Positions 12,642-24,087 are shown, counted from the first letter of the stretch. The stretch: DNA of 64,000 nucleotides from Octopus sinensis (GCF_006345805.1 NC_042997.1:38068001-38132000); one strand, 5' to 3'. Numbers and translations: made by a program. Notes: a model not told the origin generated them from the sequence alone.

Positions 12642-13673
12642 TTAGCTCATCTTTTCCTCATCTATCAGGTTCCTCCGGCGAATTCTCTCTCTTAGTGAGT
12701 ATTCCTCGCGAAAACCCATATTGGGGTCCTCCCAGGCATGCGTCTGAGCTCTGTTCAGAAAGACTGAAGCCTCCCGATCAGAAGAAAAGATTACCCTTAT
12801 TGGGCGTGGTCTAGTATCTGCGGTTGGGTTCGCTTGGAATCTTCCTAGCCGAGCGACCTTAAGAACACTGACATTTTCGTTCACAGAGAACAATTTTCCA
12901 ACCAAAACGGAAACAAAATTAATGTCATCTTTTAGGCGGTTTATGCCTGTATCACAGGTGGATTCAGCCTTGCCATATATTATTGCCGATCTTGAGTGGG
13001 CAAAAAGTTCTCTACTATGAGCTGCGGTATTCGATTCTTCATTGGAGGATTTCGAAAGGGTGGTTTCATAGCCATCGGACTTATGTCGGCCTGTGGGGTC
13101 GATCGGAATGGATTTAGTGGTCATAATTTTCCCGCCTGGTTCGGAAATGCACTGCCTCTTCTTCGGTTTGGGGGAGCACCACTCCCTAGATGAACCCACA
13201 TCGAGATCGTTCAGAATTGGTTGAGCAATGGCATTAATGGGAAGGACAAGTGAAGGAGAATCCAAACAGATTTTATCGTGATCAGGTTTCATAGCCAAAT
13301 CTGCCCCTCTGGAGTTTTGACTACGTTTCTTCTTTTGGGGAGAACAACGGTCTTCAGGTGGGTTTGAGTCTACGCTCCTCGAACTAGGTTGGGGAACCTC
13401 CGGGACCGAAAAGGCAGATGAGGAAGAATCCGCACAGGAACGATCATGTGCAGGAACGACCGCCGGTTCCTTCGCCTTCTTTGGCCGCTTCGATTTTGTT
13501 CCCTTCGGTTTGGACGTCTCCAGGGAAGAAATCAAGGGTGACCCTGCGTCAACAGGAGACCGTTTATCGTGGTCAGGTTTCATAGCTAAATCCGCCCCAC
13601 TGGAGTTTTGACGACGTTTCTTCTTTTGGGGAGAACAACGGTCTTCGGGTGGGTTTGAGTCTACGCTCCTCAA
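12642..13673 (-). pseudogene. CR1 ORF1 (partial, 343 aa open)
   Basis: ORF track; lies upstream of the APE frame; contains an in-frame internal duplication. Confidence 0.75.
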
Positions 13674-14159
13674 ATTAGGTTGGGGAACCTCCGGGACCGA
13701 AAAGGCAGATGAGGAAGAATCCGCATTTGAGCATGTTCATTTGTAGCTGACCATATATCTATCTCTGATCACGAGCAAAAGTAGTGGGGGAGCATCATAG
13801 CCATGTGTTGAGAGGGATGCTTTGAGGGTTTGGATAATTCACCTCGGAAACATGGGTGTTTCGTTCAACATCCTTAAACAATCCTTATTCAGAGGCCTTT
13901 TGAGCGGGATGGGCTACTCGACCTGAGGTAAATTCTAACTGGGCCCCACCTGCAAAATCATGTGCTGTTAATCTTGATATGAGATCACCATGTCGCACAC
14001 ATATGATTGTGATGGATATGCCTAGCGTGCCTTTATCAGACAGGTAGTCATGATGGTTATGTTGGGCGTCCTTGAGAGCATGCGCTGCTCTCTCACTCAA
14101 TAATAACAATTATAGTAACAATAAAATAACTGTAGAATAATAATGAACAAAATAAGATA

Positions 14160-14272
14160 ATAATAAAACAATAAAATATGTAATTTGATCATAACAATAA
14201 TAATAATAACAATAGTAGTAGTAGTAGTAGTAGTAGTAGTTATAGTAGTATTGGAAGTAGTAGTAGTAGTAA

Positions 14273-14313
<41 letters not shown>

Positions 14314-14338
14314 TTGGTAGTAGTAGTAGTAGTAGTAA

Positions 14339-14374
<36 letters not shown>

Positions 14375-14470
14375 TAGTAGTAGTAGTAGTAGCAGTATTT
14401 AGTAGTAGGAGCTGCAGCATATTATTATTATTTTTCTTTTTTTATTATTATCACCATCACCACCACTACC
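14160..14470. repeat. (AAT)n/(GTA)n/(TTA)n/(CAC)n trinucleotide array
   Basis: Directly visible; source of the poly-T/V ORFs. Confidence 0.95.
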
Positions 14471-15344
14471 ATTGTTGGAGGAGGAAATAGTTGGGTAGCA
14501 CTTTGGTGAATAGATCACATATTCTACAGGTCCATAAATAGATTCGGCAGATAGTGGAGAGGTCAGCCATAATGACAAAACAATCTTCGCACCCTTTGGG
14601 TCAGCAGAGGTCAAATGTGTTTACTACTACCAGTGGCCACTTAGAGCGCTGTCTTGAAAAGAAGCAATTCAACCTGTTCTCTTTGAAACTACTAGTAGAA
14701 AAAAACATCAACAATATATATATATATACACACACATATATACACTGACACACATATATATACTGATATTCACGTCATTGAATTTTTAAATTTCTGTGTT
14801 TAATTGTGTTGTTGCAATAAAAGGTGTGTTTACGTATTTGGGTAAAATTTTAAAGTTTTCTTGAGATGTTCGTTTGTCTTTCCAGTTGGAGAATACAGTA
14901 GGACTTTTGGAATGAAAAGGATGTTTACATTTTCCCATACTCAGTGAGAGTCAAAAAGAAAAGAAAACAAGTTGTAGGTAGTAAAGTTTTAAGATTTACT
15001 AAATACGATCTTTTGTATGACCGCACAGAGAGAAACGGTAGTGTTCTTGGAATAAAAAGGAGGATGATGTTTACATTTTCGAATACTCAGAGAGAGAGGA
15101 AAGGATAAATATTCACACAGTATTTGTAGATATTAAAGGTTTTAAAGCTGATCGTTTGTGTGTTCGAAAGCTGTAGGTATGTAAGTTTCCAAACTTATTT
15201 TATTTTGAGGTAGATTTAAAATATTCAGAGAAAATTGTAGATATTCCAGTCTTTGGGTATAGTGGGAGGACGGACTTTTTAATTTCTTGTTCTTTTGGAA
15301 TTATTCTTTTCTTTTTAAATGTTTTGCTATGGTTTAAGTTTTTG

Positions 15345-17209
15345 TACTTGTAACCTTGTGGCTATATGTGGCTTCATTCATTCGCAACAAACTCGCCACA
15401 GACTTCCATCTATTTCCATATACATCATGTAAAAGGCATTTACTCTCCACCCTTATTTTCCCCTTAAGGTGGTGGATGAGATAATTGGCCAGTCCAAGGC
15501 TGGAGAGGAATGTGTCTGTTACGATTCCTTTGACGTGGATCTTCCATACTGCTTCTTTCGCTATATACCTTCTTTGATAAAAAAGCTAGGAGTAACAATC
15601 TTTACAATCGATTCGGAAGACAGTTGTAGTCTCCCCAACCGTGACAGCAGATGTTCAACGTAAACCCACATCGCAGAGAATTTCGGGTATTGCACAATTG
15701 CGTGAAGAACGGTTTCCGGACTGTTCGCATCCTGAGCACATGGGTGAGCAAGCAGGCACCATGCTTTGCGAGTTTATCGCGAACTGGTAAGACTCCTCGG
15801 TAATACCGCAAGGCCAGGGATTCTTGGATGTTATCCGAAAGTCCCGGCAGTAGACACAGCGCTTTACAAGAGGACTTCTACCCCTCCGCAAACAGTGGAA
15901 GAGAAATCGCTCTAACTTCATCAGCCACGAACGGGGCCAAGGCACAACGGTTAAGCGGCTGGTAATCACAGAAGCGATAAACACTCCTGCGACCCCTGCT
16001 CTTTCTTTCAGTGATAGCCGCCGCTCAGACCAGTTCTGAGTTAGGTGGGTCACCCTGCTCGTCACCTCGCTCCCTTTGTTTCTCTAACTGGAGGTTTGGA
16101 CCAAACCAAACCCCTAGCATTTTAACTGGCGCTACGACGTTGTTGGAACGTATTGTCTTGCTTCTCCCGGTGGGGTTGGATAGTGAGGTTCGTTTCCTTC
16201 CTTTTCTCGAGTATATATCTCACCCTTCACCTTTGACTCCTTCCACATCCTCTGTTTCATTTTCAGATGTTTCTTCACTTGGTACTTCATAAGTTTTAAT
16301 TTCCTTTTGTTTTTCGAAATCGCAGCTTATTCGTGGGGAGGTTGGAACTCGACCCTAATGTGGCCTTTTTGACCACACTTGTAGCAACGAGGCTTCTCCA
16401 TCTCTACCGTGACTCAGAGCTTGGTCTTCCCCATCTGTATATTTTCTATAATATTTTCTAAATCAGCCGGGGCAGCCTGTATGATCATTTCGAAGACTTG
16501 CCCTTGCCAATTCTCCAGTCCCTGCGCTGAGGTTTCGAGAATTGTGATCTTATCCTCCAAAATGTTTATTATGGCTGTCTCCAGCCAAACGGGGTCTACT
16601 CCGGGTGGTATGTCTCTTAATCTTGGATGTCCGTCCTCCAAGATAAGTAGGTAGGAGTACCACCTCCATCGTTTTTAAAGGTGTTGTCGATGCTTGTTTT
16701 GCCTTTTCCTCGGTTTTGTAACGGATTTCTATTGTGGCATACTTCACTTCTCTTGTGACGTATGCCACGTCGTTCCAAACTAGACGAAGGCACAGCTCCA
16801 CCACCACTTTACTTGTATTATCCAACTTTTTTGCTTTGGTCACCAATGATTTGTATATCACGGTGCACCACAGTGCATTATGCGTCATTTCGCTGGAAGA
16901 GGTAATCACTGTCTCGCTCCCCTCCCTTTTCGTCTTACCTTTGTATTTTCGGAGCTCATCGCTTCCACAATTGCTGCCGCAAAGTTGCTGTTTAAAACTG
17001 TGCTGCATTCTCCCGCTTCACACAAGACGGAGGAAGTTACTAAAGGAATGCCACAACCAGAAAATAAGTGTTTAAGAAACACTCAACAAAAGTTCAACAA
17101 CGTAATAATTCAACAGTGCAAATTCAAAAAATTAACCATAAATTATCCACAGATCATACACCAAACCTTTCGAACAACGCGCAAAAAAATTAACGATCAA
17201 CTCGGTTAG
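15345..17209 (-). mobile_element. Tx1-like (L1 superfamily) element A, internally deleted
   Basis: ORF1 remnant (YATIEIRY...VLLPTYLG, RDIPPGVDPVWLETAI) with a zinc knuckle CYKCGQKGHIRVEF at about 16350-16395. It is followed almost directly by post-RT ORF2 (WSERRLSLKERA...FIASVITSRLTVVPWP...KLERFLF) and a C-terminal RWKSVASLLRMNE. Confidence 0.8.
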
Positions 17210-17222
17210 AGATGATTGTAAC

Positions 17223-18600
17223 ATTTTCTTTATTCGCCATAAAGGCGTAACACAGAAGGTACAGAACAAAGACAGACAAAACATCATAAAGAGGGACATA
17301 ACATACAAAACGATGAAAGAAATGAATACATAACAAATAAGGGTGAACGCCTTACATGAGCCCCCACTCTCAGGCAGTCACGTATTATATGTTCATTATA
17401 TGTAAAATGAATGAAATTATTAATCGTTAGAAAAATTTACTTAGTCCTTTTTTTTTCTTTTACCATACAAAATATGGCGTAAGTTCATTATACTCCACCA
17501 CCGAGAGGAAGGAGCAAAACCTCACCTCCAACCCCAGTAGATTTGAATGTTTTTTTAATGTTGCGTGACTTTTTTTTATCAATTAAGATGCATTTTGTGT
17601 CTGGCGTAAAGTCATTGGTTAGTTTGACTCTAATAATGTTTTTTAATTTTGTAATTTTTATCGTTTTCTAGGGATGTAATTTTCTGTATGTCATTAGGTA
17701 GGCTATGTGATTTGGCGGGGTTTGTTTGTGTTGTGTGTCTGCATGTGAATGCTTGGTGGGAGATTCTGAGCAGTTTTTTAGAGCATGATACAGTGATGTG
17801 TGCTGTGTGGGTGCGTTGTTCTCTAGGGTTGTCTGTATTTCGTTTGTTTGGCGTGTCTTGTTTTGCGTACAACTCATCTTTTTTTTACATTGTTGTGTTT
17901 TATACAATAGGAGATGGGAGGTTTCCTTTCTACTATCACCGTCAGTTTTATATCGTCTGGCAACTCGATAATTTCGGTGACCTGGATAATTAATTCTAGG
18001 CCAAACCCCACAATTCAACTATTGTGTTCGTGTTGCCTGAACAACTCTTGCCTCTTCCATTGTACAGTGGAGTGCTTAAATGCCACCTCTTTGGAGGCAA
18101 ATCTTACCTTCACTGTACCGTATCTCCTACCTCTGGTGCAGAAAGAGATGTCACCTCTTATTGTGTCCAAGTACTTTTCTATGGCATCCTCCGGTACCAT
18201 CTCAATCTTTTTTTCGGCAAATACAGTGTCCTGTACATCACCGTTCTTCTCCTTACTTTTTCGGTTGTTTCCTCCGGAGGGGTCAACTTTACGCTCTACC
18301 TTTCCCTTTATATAAATGGCATGCAGTCAGACAATGCTTTCCAGTCAATGATAATCTCTTGAATTTCCAACAGTCTCACTGTTTCCATTTACAGCTCGCA
18401 CTCCCTCGCGCTCGACATAACATTTCAGACATTTTTTCTACCCCAAATGGAGGAAATTATACAACAAAAAACACAAGCCTGCTGAACAAGCTATGTGTTT
18501 TTAACAAACAGCAGCAAATTAAATAATAAATTACAACAATTTCAACAATTCACAATACTGGTCAGACGCCTTGAAACAAAATCACACTAACAAGGCTAGG
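17223..18600 (-). mobile_element. Tx1-like element B, internally deleted and decayed
   Basis: ORF1 remnant (GDISFCTRGRRYGTVKVRFASKEVA; IELPDDIKLTVIVER); 3' UTR ending ...GGCGAATAAAGAAAA; flanked on both sides by TGTTACAATCATC. Confidence 0.72.
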
Positions 18601-18742
18601 GGATGATTGTAACAACGGTAAAAAGAAATTATCAATGTCAATTTATTGATGCATTTGGGAAAGTATATGTCTGTATTATCCGAAAATTGCAAAACTCAAC
18701 AGAAATCTTGTAAAAATTCTTCTTGGTTCAAAATGTTGCTTA

Positions 18743-20223
18743 CTAAAAGAACAAATTCAAGTAGATTAATGATAGGAAAGTTATATAACTATGGAAGGTG
18801 TTTATATATTGAATAATAACCCTGTAGGTGGTCATATACTCAATAACATAGATATATTGAAAAGCAACGATAAAACTTGACTATTTTTTTTGAAAATCTT
18901 AAAGAAATTGGAAAATAATATTAAGAAATTATGAAATAATATAACAGATAATTAAAATTTTATGAAAACAAAAATCTCGTAAAAATTCTATTCAACCAGA
19001 TATTTTTATATCAACATGTTGCTGTGTGTCATTTTTCTATTCTTTGTGTGTTCAAGTCAAAGACTGCGATAACACGAATGCAAAATTTTATCGGCATTGA
19101 GTTCAATTCGGACACATCTCTGGAGTGCCGTAAAGACACCGACAGTTCGTGGCCAGCTGGTAGATTTCATCAAAACAACATCCCGCAAGCCTACAAATTC
19201 CAGACAACCTTTTCTATACGCCTAAATCAGATAGTCCACCAGAGCAGACGACAAAACAATTGGTATTTAGTTATAATATTTTCTGTGTCTGCCATTATCC
19301 ATGACTAATAAATTATTTAAAGCGCTTCTGAAAGTTGGATAACACCTTCATTTTGTCACAAAAGTTCAGTAACGTAAAGTCCACAGCAATATCGAAGACT
19401 ATATTGTAAGGCCAAATTTGCACGCCCTATTATGCTTTGCGTAGTGTACTGCCAACTTTTGTACATTAACCTTTCTCAGTGCATTGTCCGCCGTGTATAT
19501 ATGATTGCTTTCGTTTAAATTTTCATATTTTCGTCCATATTCTTTTTCGCTTTGCTCATTAATCAGTTATACGATTATTCCGAATTCCTTAACGTGAAAA
19601 ACTTATACACTACACGAAATACAACCACGTACACACACACACACACACACACACAAACATCCACGTGCAAGTACAAACACAAACATGTACGCACAAATGT
19701 ATACCCGCACGCAAAAGACACACAAGCACGCATTAGCACACCAAGACACACACGCACACAAATGTATACCTATTTATATATATATATATAATATATATAT
19801 ATATAAACAATAGGAGAGATATCCGGCGTTGCTCAAGATTAAAATGGCATAACTTGTATACATATATTACTGTTATGTTGAAACAGTTGATACGTGAGAG
19901 TGCAGCGTTGACGACAAATCAGTTGTGGAGTAATAGGTGGGTTAATTCGACTAAATGACAGGTCATGCGTTCGTTTGGAAGATTCCATGCTCTAACCTGT
20001 CATGGAAAATTGGAGGTGGGGTAATGTGATTTCTTAACACACTGAAAAGCTGTCAATGGATACAATCTCCGTAGCGGCAGTCGGCGCTGCGTCAAATACA
20101 ACCCATCATATGAAGTTTTGATACCTCCTTCGTATAAAATTTGAATTAAATCGGTTGGGTACTTCTCGAGGTTTAGGGATTCACACAGATACACAGACAC
20201 ACACACACATTCTCATTTATATA

Positions 20224-20277
<54 letters not shown>

Positions 20278-20790
20278 TGTTACCTAATGAATGATGCCCC
20301 AAGAAATTAGTAATTTAAATTGGTATTATTTACTAATTTGAAAAAAAAAAGGAATAAAGGCATTATAAATTTTTAAACGTGAATTGTCAACAGAAAAGCT
20401 TTTATCCAACAATTTGGAAAACAATTTCATATCTAATAGGAGGCATATTAATTTTCTAAGTATATACTTTGGCCTTATTTGAACTCCTTATCGAATCATA
20501 ATAGTGCGGTAAAAATTGTTCCATGATTTTTTACTAGTACGTATTTATACACAAGAAGAGTGGTTTTCATAAAATTTTCATTATCTGTTAAATTATTTCA
20601 TAATTTCTTAATATTATTTTCCAATTTCTTTAAGATTTTCAAAAAAAAATAGTCAAGTTTTATCATTGCTTTTCAATATATCTCTGTTATTGAGTATATG
20701 ACCACCTACAGGGTTATTATTCAATATATAAACACCTTCCATAGTTATATAACTTTCCTATCATTAATCTACTTGAATTTGTTCTTTTAG
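18743..20790. repeat. Long inverted repeat: about 227-bp arms (18743-18969 and 20563-20790) around a 1.6-kb spacer
   Basis: The arms are reverse complements with about 4 substitutions and 1 homopolymer indel, counted by eye. Confidence 0.93.
19806..20225 (+). mobile_element. Putative non-autonomous Helitron/Helentron-like element
   Basis: Start resembles ACTAG..GATACCCGGCGTTGC; end has AAATTT..TTAAATCGG..., then (ACAG)n-like repeats and CATTCTCATTTATATATA, an architecture typical of such elements. Recognition by pattern only. Confidence 0.45.
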
Positions 20791-20939
20791 CCCACTTGTT
20801 TTAACCATTTAGTTTTCTAATTTTGGTTTGGTCTATATTCACTCGATGAAGCAGGTTTGAGGAGACTGTACTTCAGTGAAGCAGTTCTAATAAAACCAAA
20901 ACTTTTTTTCTCGTTTTATGTTTAATCTGACTGCTAAAA

Positions 20940-21550
20940 AAATCTATAATTTGACCCAAATTAAGTAAATATAAACAATTGCAGCATGTAATGTGTTTAT
21001 AAGCCATTTAATAAACACAAAAAAACCGTTAGATTCACAAAGAACCGTTAGGCGCAGGAGTGGCTGTGTGGTAAGTAGCTTGCTAACCAACCACATGGTT
21101 CCGGGTTCAGTCCCACTGCGTGGCAACTTGGGCAAGTGTCTTCTGCTATAGCCTCGGGCCAACCAATGCCTTGAGAGTGGATTTGGTAGACAGAAACTGA
21201 AAGAAGCCTGTCGTATATATGTATATATATATGCGTATGTGTGTTTGTGTGTCTGTGTTTGTCCCCCTAGCATTGTTTGACAAACGATGCTGGTGTGTTT
21301 ACGTCCCCGTCACTTAGCGGTTCGGCAAAAGGGACCGATAGAATAAGTACTGGGCTTACAAAGAATAAGTCCCGGGGTCGATTTGCTCGACTAAAGGCGG
21401 TGCTCCAGCATGGCCACAGTCAAATGACTGAAACAAGTAAAAGAGTAAAAGAGTAGAGAGTAAAGAGATTCACTTCAACATTTAAATTTAATTTGTCAAA
21501 ATATTTTCGTCGCTTTGAGACCGCGACCTGTTCACTGACAAAACATCGTG
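20940..21550 (-). mobile_element. Short repeat with hammerhead-like fold, interrupted by a family A SINE
   Basis: Three-way junction at 21492-21543 ending in stem-GAAA; AGATTCAC occurs on both sides of the SINE. Continuity across the SINE is inferred. Confidence 0.45.
21051..21467 (+). mobile_element. tRNA-derived SINE family A
   Basis: Complete head, body, CAGTC-AAAT-GACTG stem and (TAAAAGAG)n tail. Confidence 0.93.
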
Positions 21551-21722
21551 CTGTAAATATAAGTAAATATAATTAAATATAAGTAAATATAAGTAAATAT
21601 AATTTTCAGTGAAATGAAGTATTTAAAATATCTATTATTTTTTATAATGTCATTATTTATTCTCATTATTTCTGCAATAAACTAAGAATTGGTGATAGGC
21701 TTTCTTCAGACATTCATTATAT

Positions 21723-22105
21723 TTGGAAGCACTCCGTCGGTTACGACGACGAGGGTTCCGGTTGATCCGATCAACGGAACAGCCTGCTCGTGAAATTAAC
21801 GTGTAAGTGGCTGAGCACTCCACAGACACGTGTACCCTTAACGTAGTTCTCGGGGATATTCAGCGTGACACAGAGAGTGACAAGGCCGGCCCTTTGAAAT
21901 ACAGGTACAAAAGAAACAGGAAGTAAGAGTGAGAGAAAGTTGTGGTGAAAGAGTACAGCAGGGATCACCACCACCCCCTGCCGGAGCCTCGTGGAGCTTT
22001 AGGTGTTTTCGCTCAATAAACACTCACAACGCCCGGTCTGGGAATCGAAACCGCGATCCTACGACCGCGAGTCCGCTGCCCTAACCACTGGGCCATTGCG
22101 CCTCC
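21723..22105 (-). mobile_element. tRNA(Arg)-like SINE family B (Octopus OR-type)
   Basis: Head GGAGGCGCAATGGCCCAGTGGTTAGGGCAGCGGACTCGCGG...GGTTTCGATTCCC with A/B boxes; TSD TCATTATAT at 21714-21722 and 22106-22114. Confidence 0.93.
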
Positions 22106-23335
22106 TCATTATATATAGCTATACAGGGGATGCAGATACTTGAGACAATTGATATCCAGTCATAAATCTACACGGGGGCTCCATTTACTGTCACGGGCTG
22201 GAAGAGTCTGCAGTTTTTAAGGTGTGCATATGTATGTTTGTGGGAACGCTAGAGTAGACCAATCAGCCGGGTATTTATGAGCCGGGGCTGATGAAGAATG
22301 AGCATATGTATTGGCGTGTATAGACTTTTATATGTATATCTCTTTATCCCATAAAATACTATAGTCACCAAATGTCTATTTAAATCCTCCATTGTATAAT
22401 TACGCTTTATCTCTTCGCATCACATATGGTTGTCTTTTCATTTTATTACTTTATTTAATTAATTTCGTTATCAACGCAAGCATAGTCCCTGATTGACCTG
22501 CTTATTGTTTACTTATTTTAGTTTTATTTTTGATTATCATGTATTTTATTTATGATTAATTATAAAGAGGTTCAATACCTATAAAAGAACTGAACTTCAT
22601 TTTACATTCTAAGTCAATCTAAATCTTGATTTCCCCAGTACATCTCCGGCTACAGGCAAATAATGAACTGCATTATAATCGAAATAAGCGAAACCAAGTT
22701 TAATGAACGAGGTACCTATTGAAGCATCACCTGACGCGGAAAAACTGCACCGAATGATGCACGACAAATACTTGTAGAGAACCTCACCTGAGAGGGACCG
22801 ACGCATGATGGGTCGAAATGAATGTTGTGATCAATAAAGTATCTGGTGAGTTCCATATTCTTCTACTCTCGTATGTTACACACACACACACACACACACA
22901 GACACACACACACACACGTGTGCTACTCTGCATCATGAGTCACTATTAGTGACAACTGAATTTTTCCTTTTCGGTTTTATATTACGTCTAACCACCTTCG
23001 TTATTTTATAATTTTCACAATACCATTTTGCTGAACTATCCATTGATTCATGTTGTAAATATTACATATTGCCAGGTAGGATTTAGCTTAACCATGGGCG
23101 ATGAAGCACTTACTACCGATGAGTCTTAATTGCAAGTGAAACTTGCTTGCCAGTATAGTGATCTAGCTCGGTGTGTGGAAGTTATTCCCCCTGCCTGTAT
23201 ATAGGCATGTGTTTTTTTGTGACCATAAACTTTTGTTTCTAGCAATGTAAGTGCTACCTTGCACCCTGAATTTCTATTAACGGCAATCGAATTTTTCCTT
23301 TCTGGTTTTATATTGCCTCTAGCCACATTCGTCAT

Positions 23336-23337
<2 letters not shown>

Positions 23338-23401
<64 letters not shown>

Positions 23402-23899
23402 TGTACGTATGTATGTATGTGTATATATATATATATATGTATGTATGTATGTATATATATATATATATATAAATGCATATGCATGTAAACATTCTAGCTG
23501 CACACTAGCACAGGAGGAAAATTTCTGTGCACACATATACCGTAATACTTCACAGACACACGCACAGGGACATTTGCAAATCACGTATAATTTACTAACT
23601 CTCTTCTCCTCTTTGTTTTCTATATATGAAATCTCCTTCTGTATCGCCTCCGTTTACCTGACTTCCGCCAACATTGCTGTAGATGAATATATATCTAGCA
23701 AAACCTGAAATCCTAGTAAAACAAAATTTATTGTCAATGATCTCTTGTGCATAAACTAGATAGATCGATAGACAGACAGACAGAGAGACAGATATATAAA
23801 TAGATAGATAGCTATATAGATAAATAGATAGATAGATGGATAGATATATAGATAGATGGATTGATATATAGATAGATAGATAGATAGATGGATAGATAT

Positions 23900-23953
<54 letters not shown>

Positions 23954-24087
23954 GGATAGATATATAGATAGATAGATAGATAGATATATAGATAGATGGA
24001 TAGATATATAGATAGATGGATAGATATATAGATAGATGGATAGATATATAGATAGATATATAGATAGATGGATATATGGATAGATAT

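Larger units (their letters stand above)
9575..13725 (-). mobile_element. CR1-clade non-LTR retrotransposon, 5'-truncated, with frameshifted ORF2
   Basis: ORF1 C-terminus (RLGRF...RPRPIRVIF), APE endonuclease (TNSCSL, ITETWL, LGDFNAP), RT motifs (LDFAKAFDSV, GVPQGSVLGP, FADDIK, RPILEY, LEKRRRRGDLI) and an (AACT)n/(AAAT)n tail at 9575-9600. Confidence 0.93.
9420..14098 (+). mobile_element. Element X (about 530 bp in two parts, 9420-9574 and 13726-14098) interrupted by a CR1 LINE
   Basis: Left part matches 8837-9019. The copy at 8837 reads ...TTAACCAGTTGAATATGTC, which bridges GACCTTA (9574) and TTGAGCATGTTC (13727). The right part matches the reverse complement of 48993-49240 and ends CTCTCACTC-AATAATAA. 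Confidence 0.75.

Noticed and set aside
21555-21605. (TAAATATAAG)n repeats; also 13-bp repeats near 42895-42930
   Set aside because: Simple minisatellites without spacers; not CRISPR-like.
21051-22105. tRNA-like heads of SINE families A, B and C
   Set aside because: They have A/B boxes but no complete cloverleaf and run into SINE bodies; not tRNA genes.
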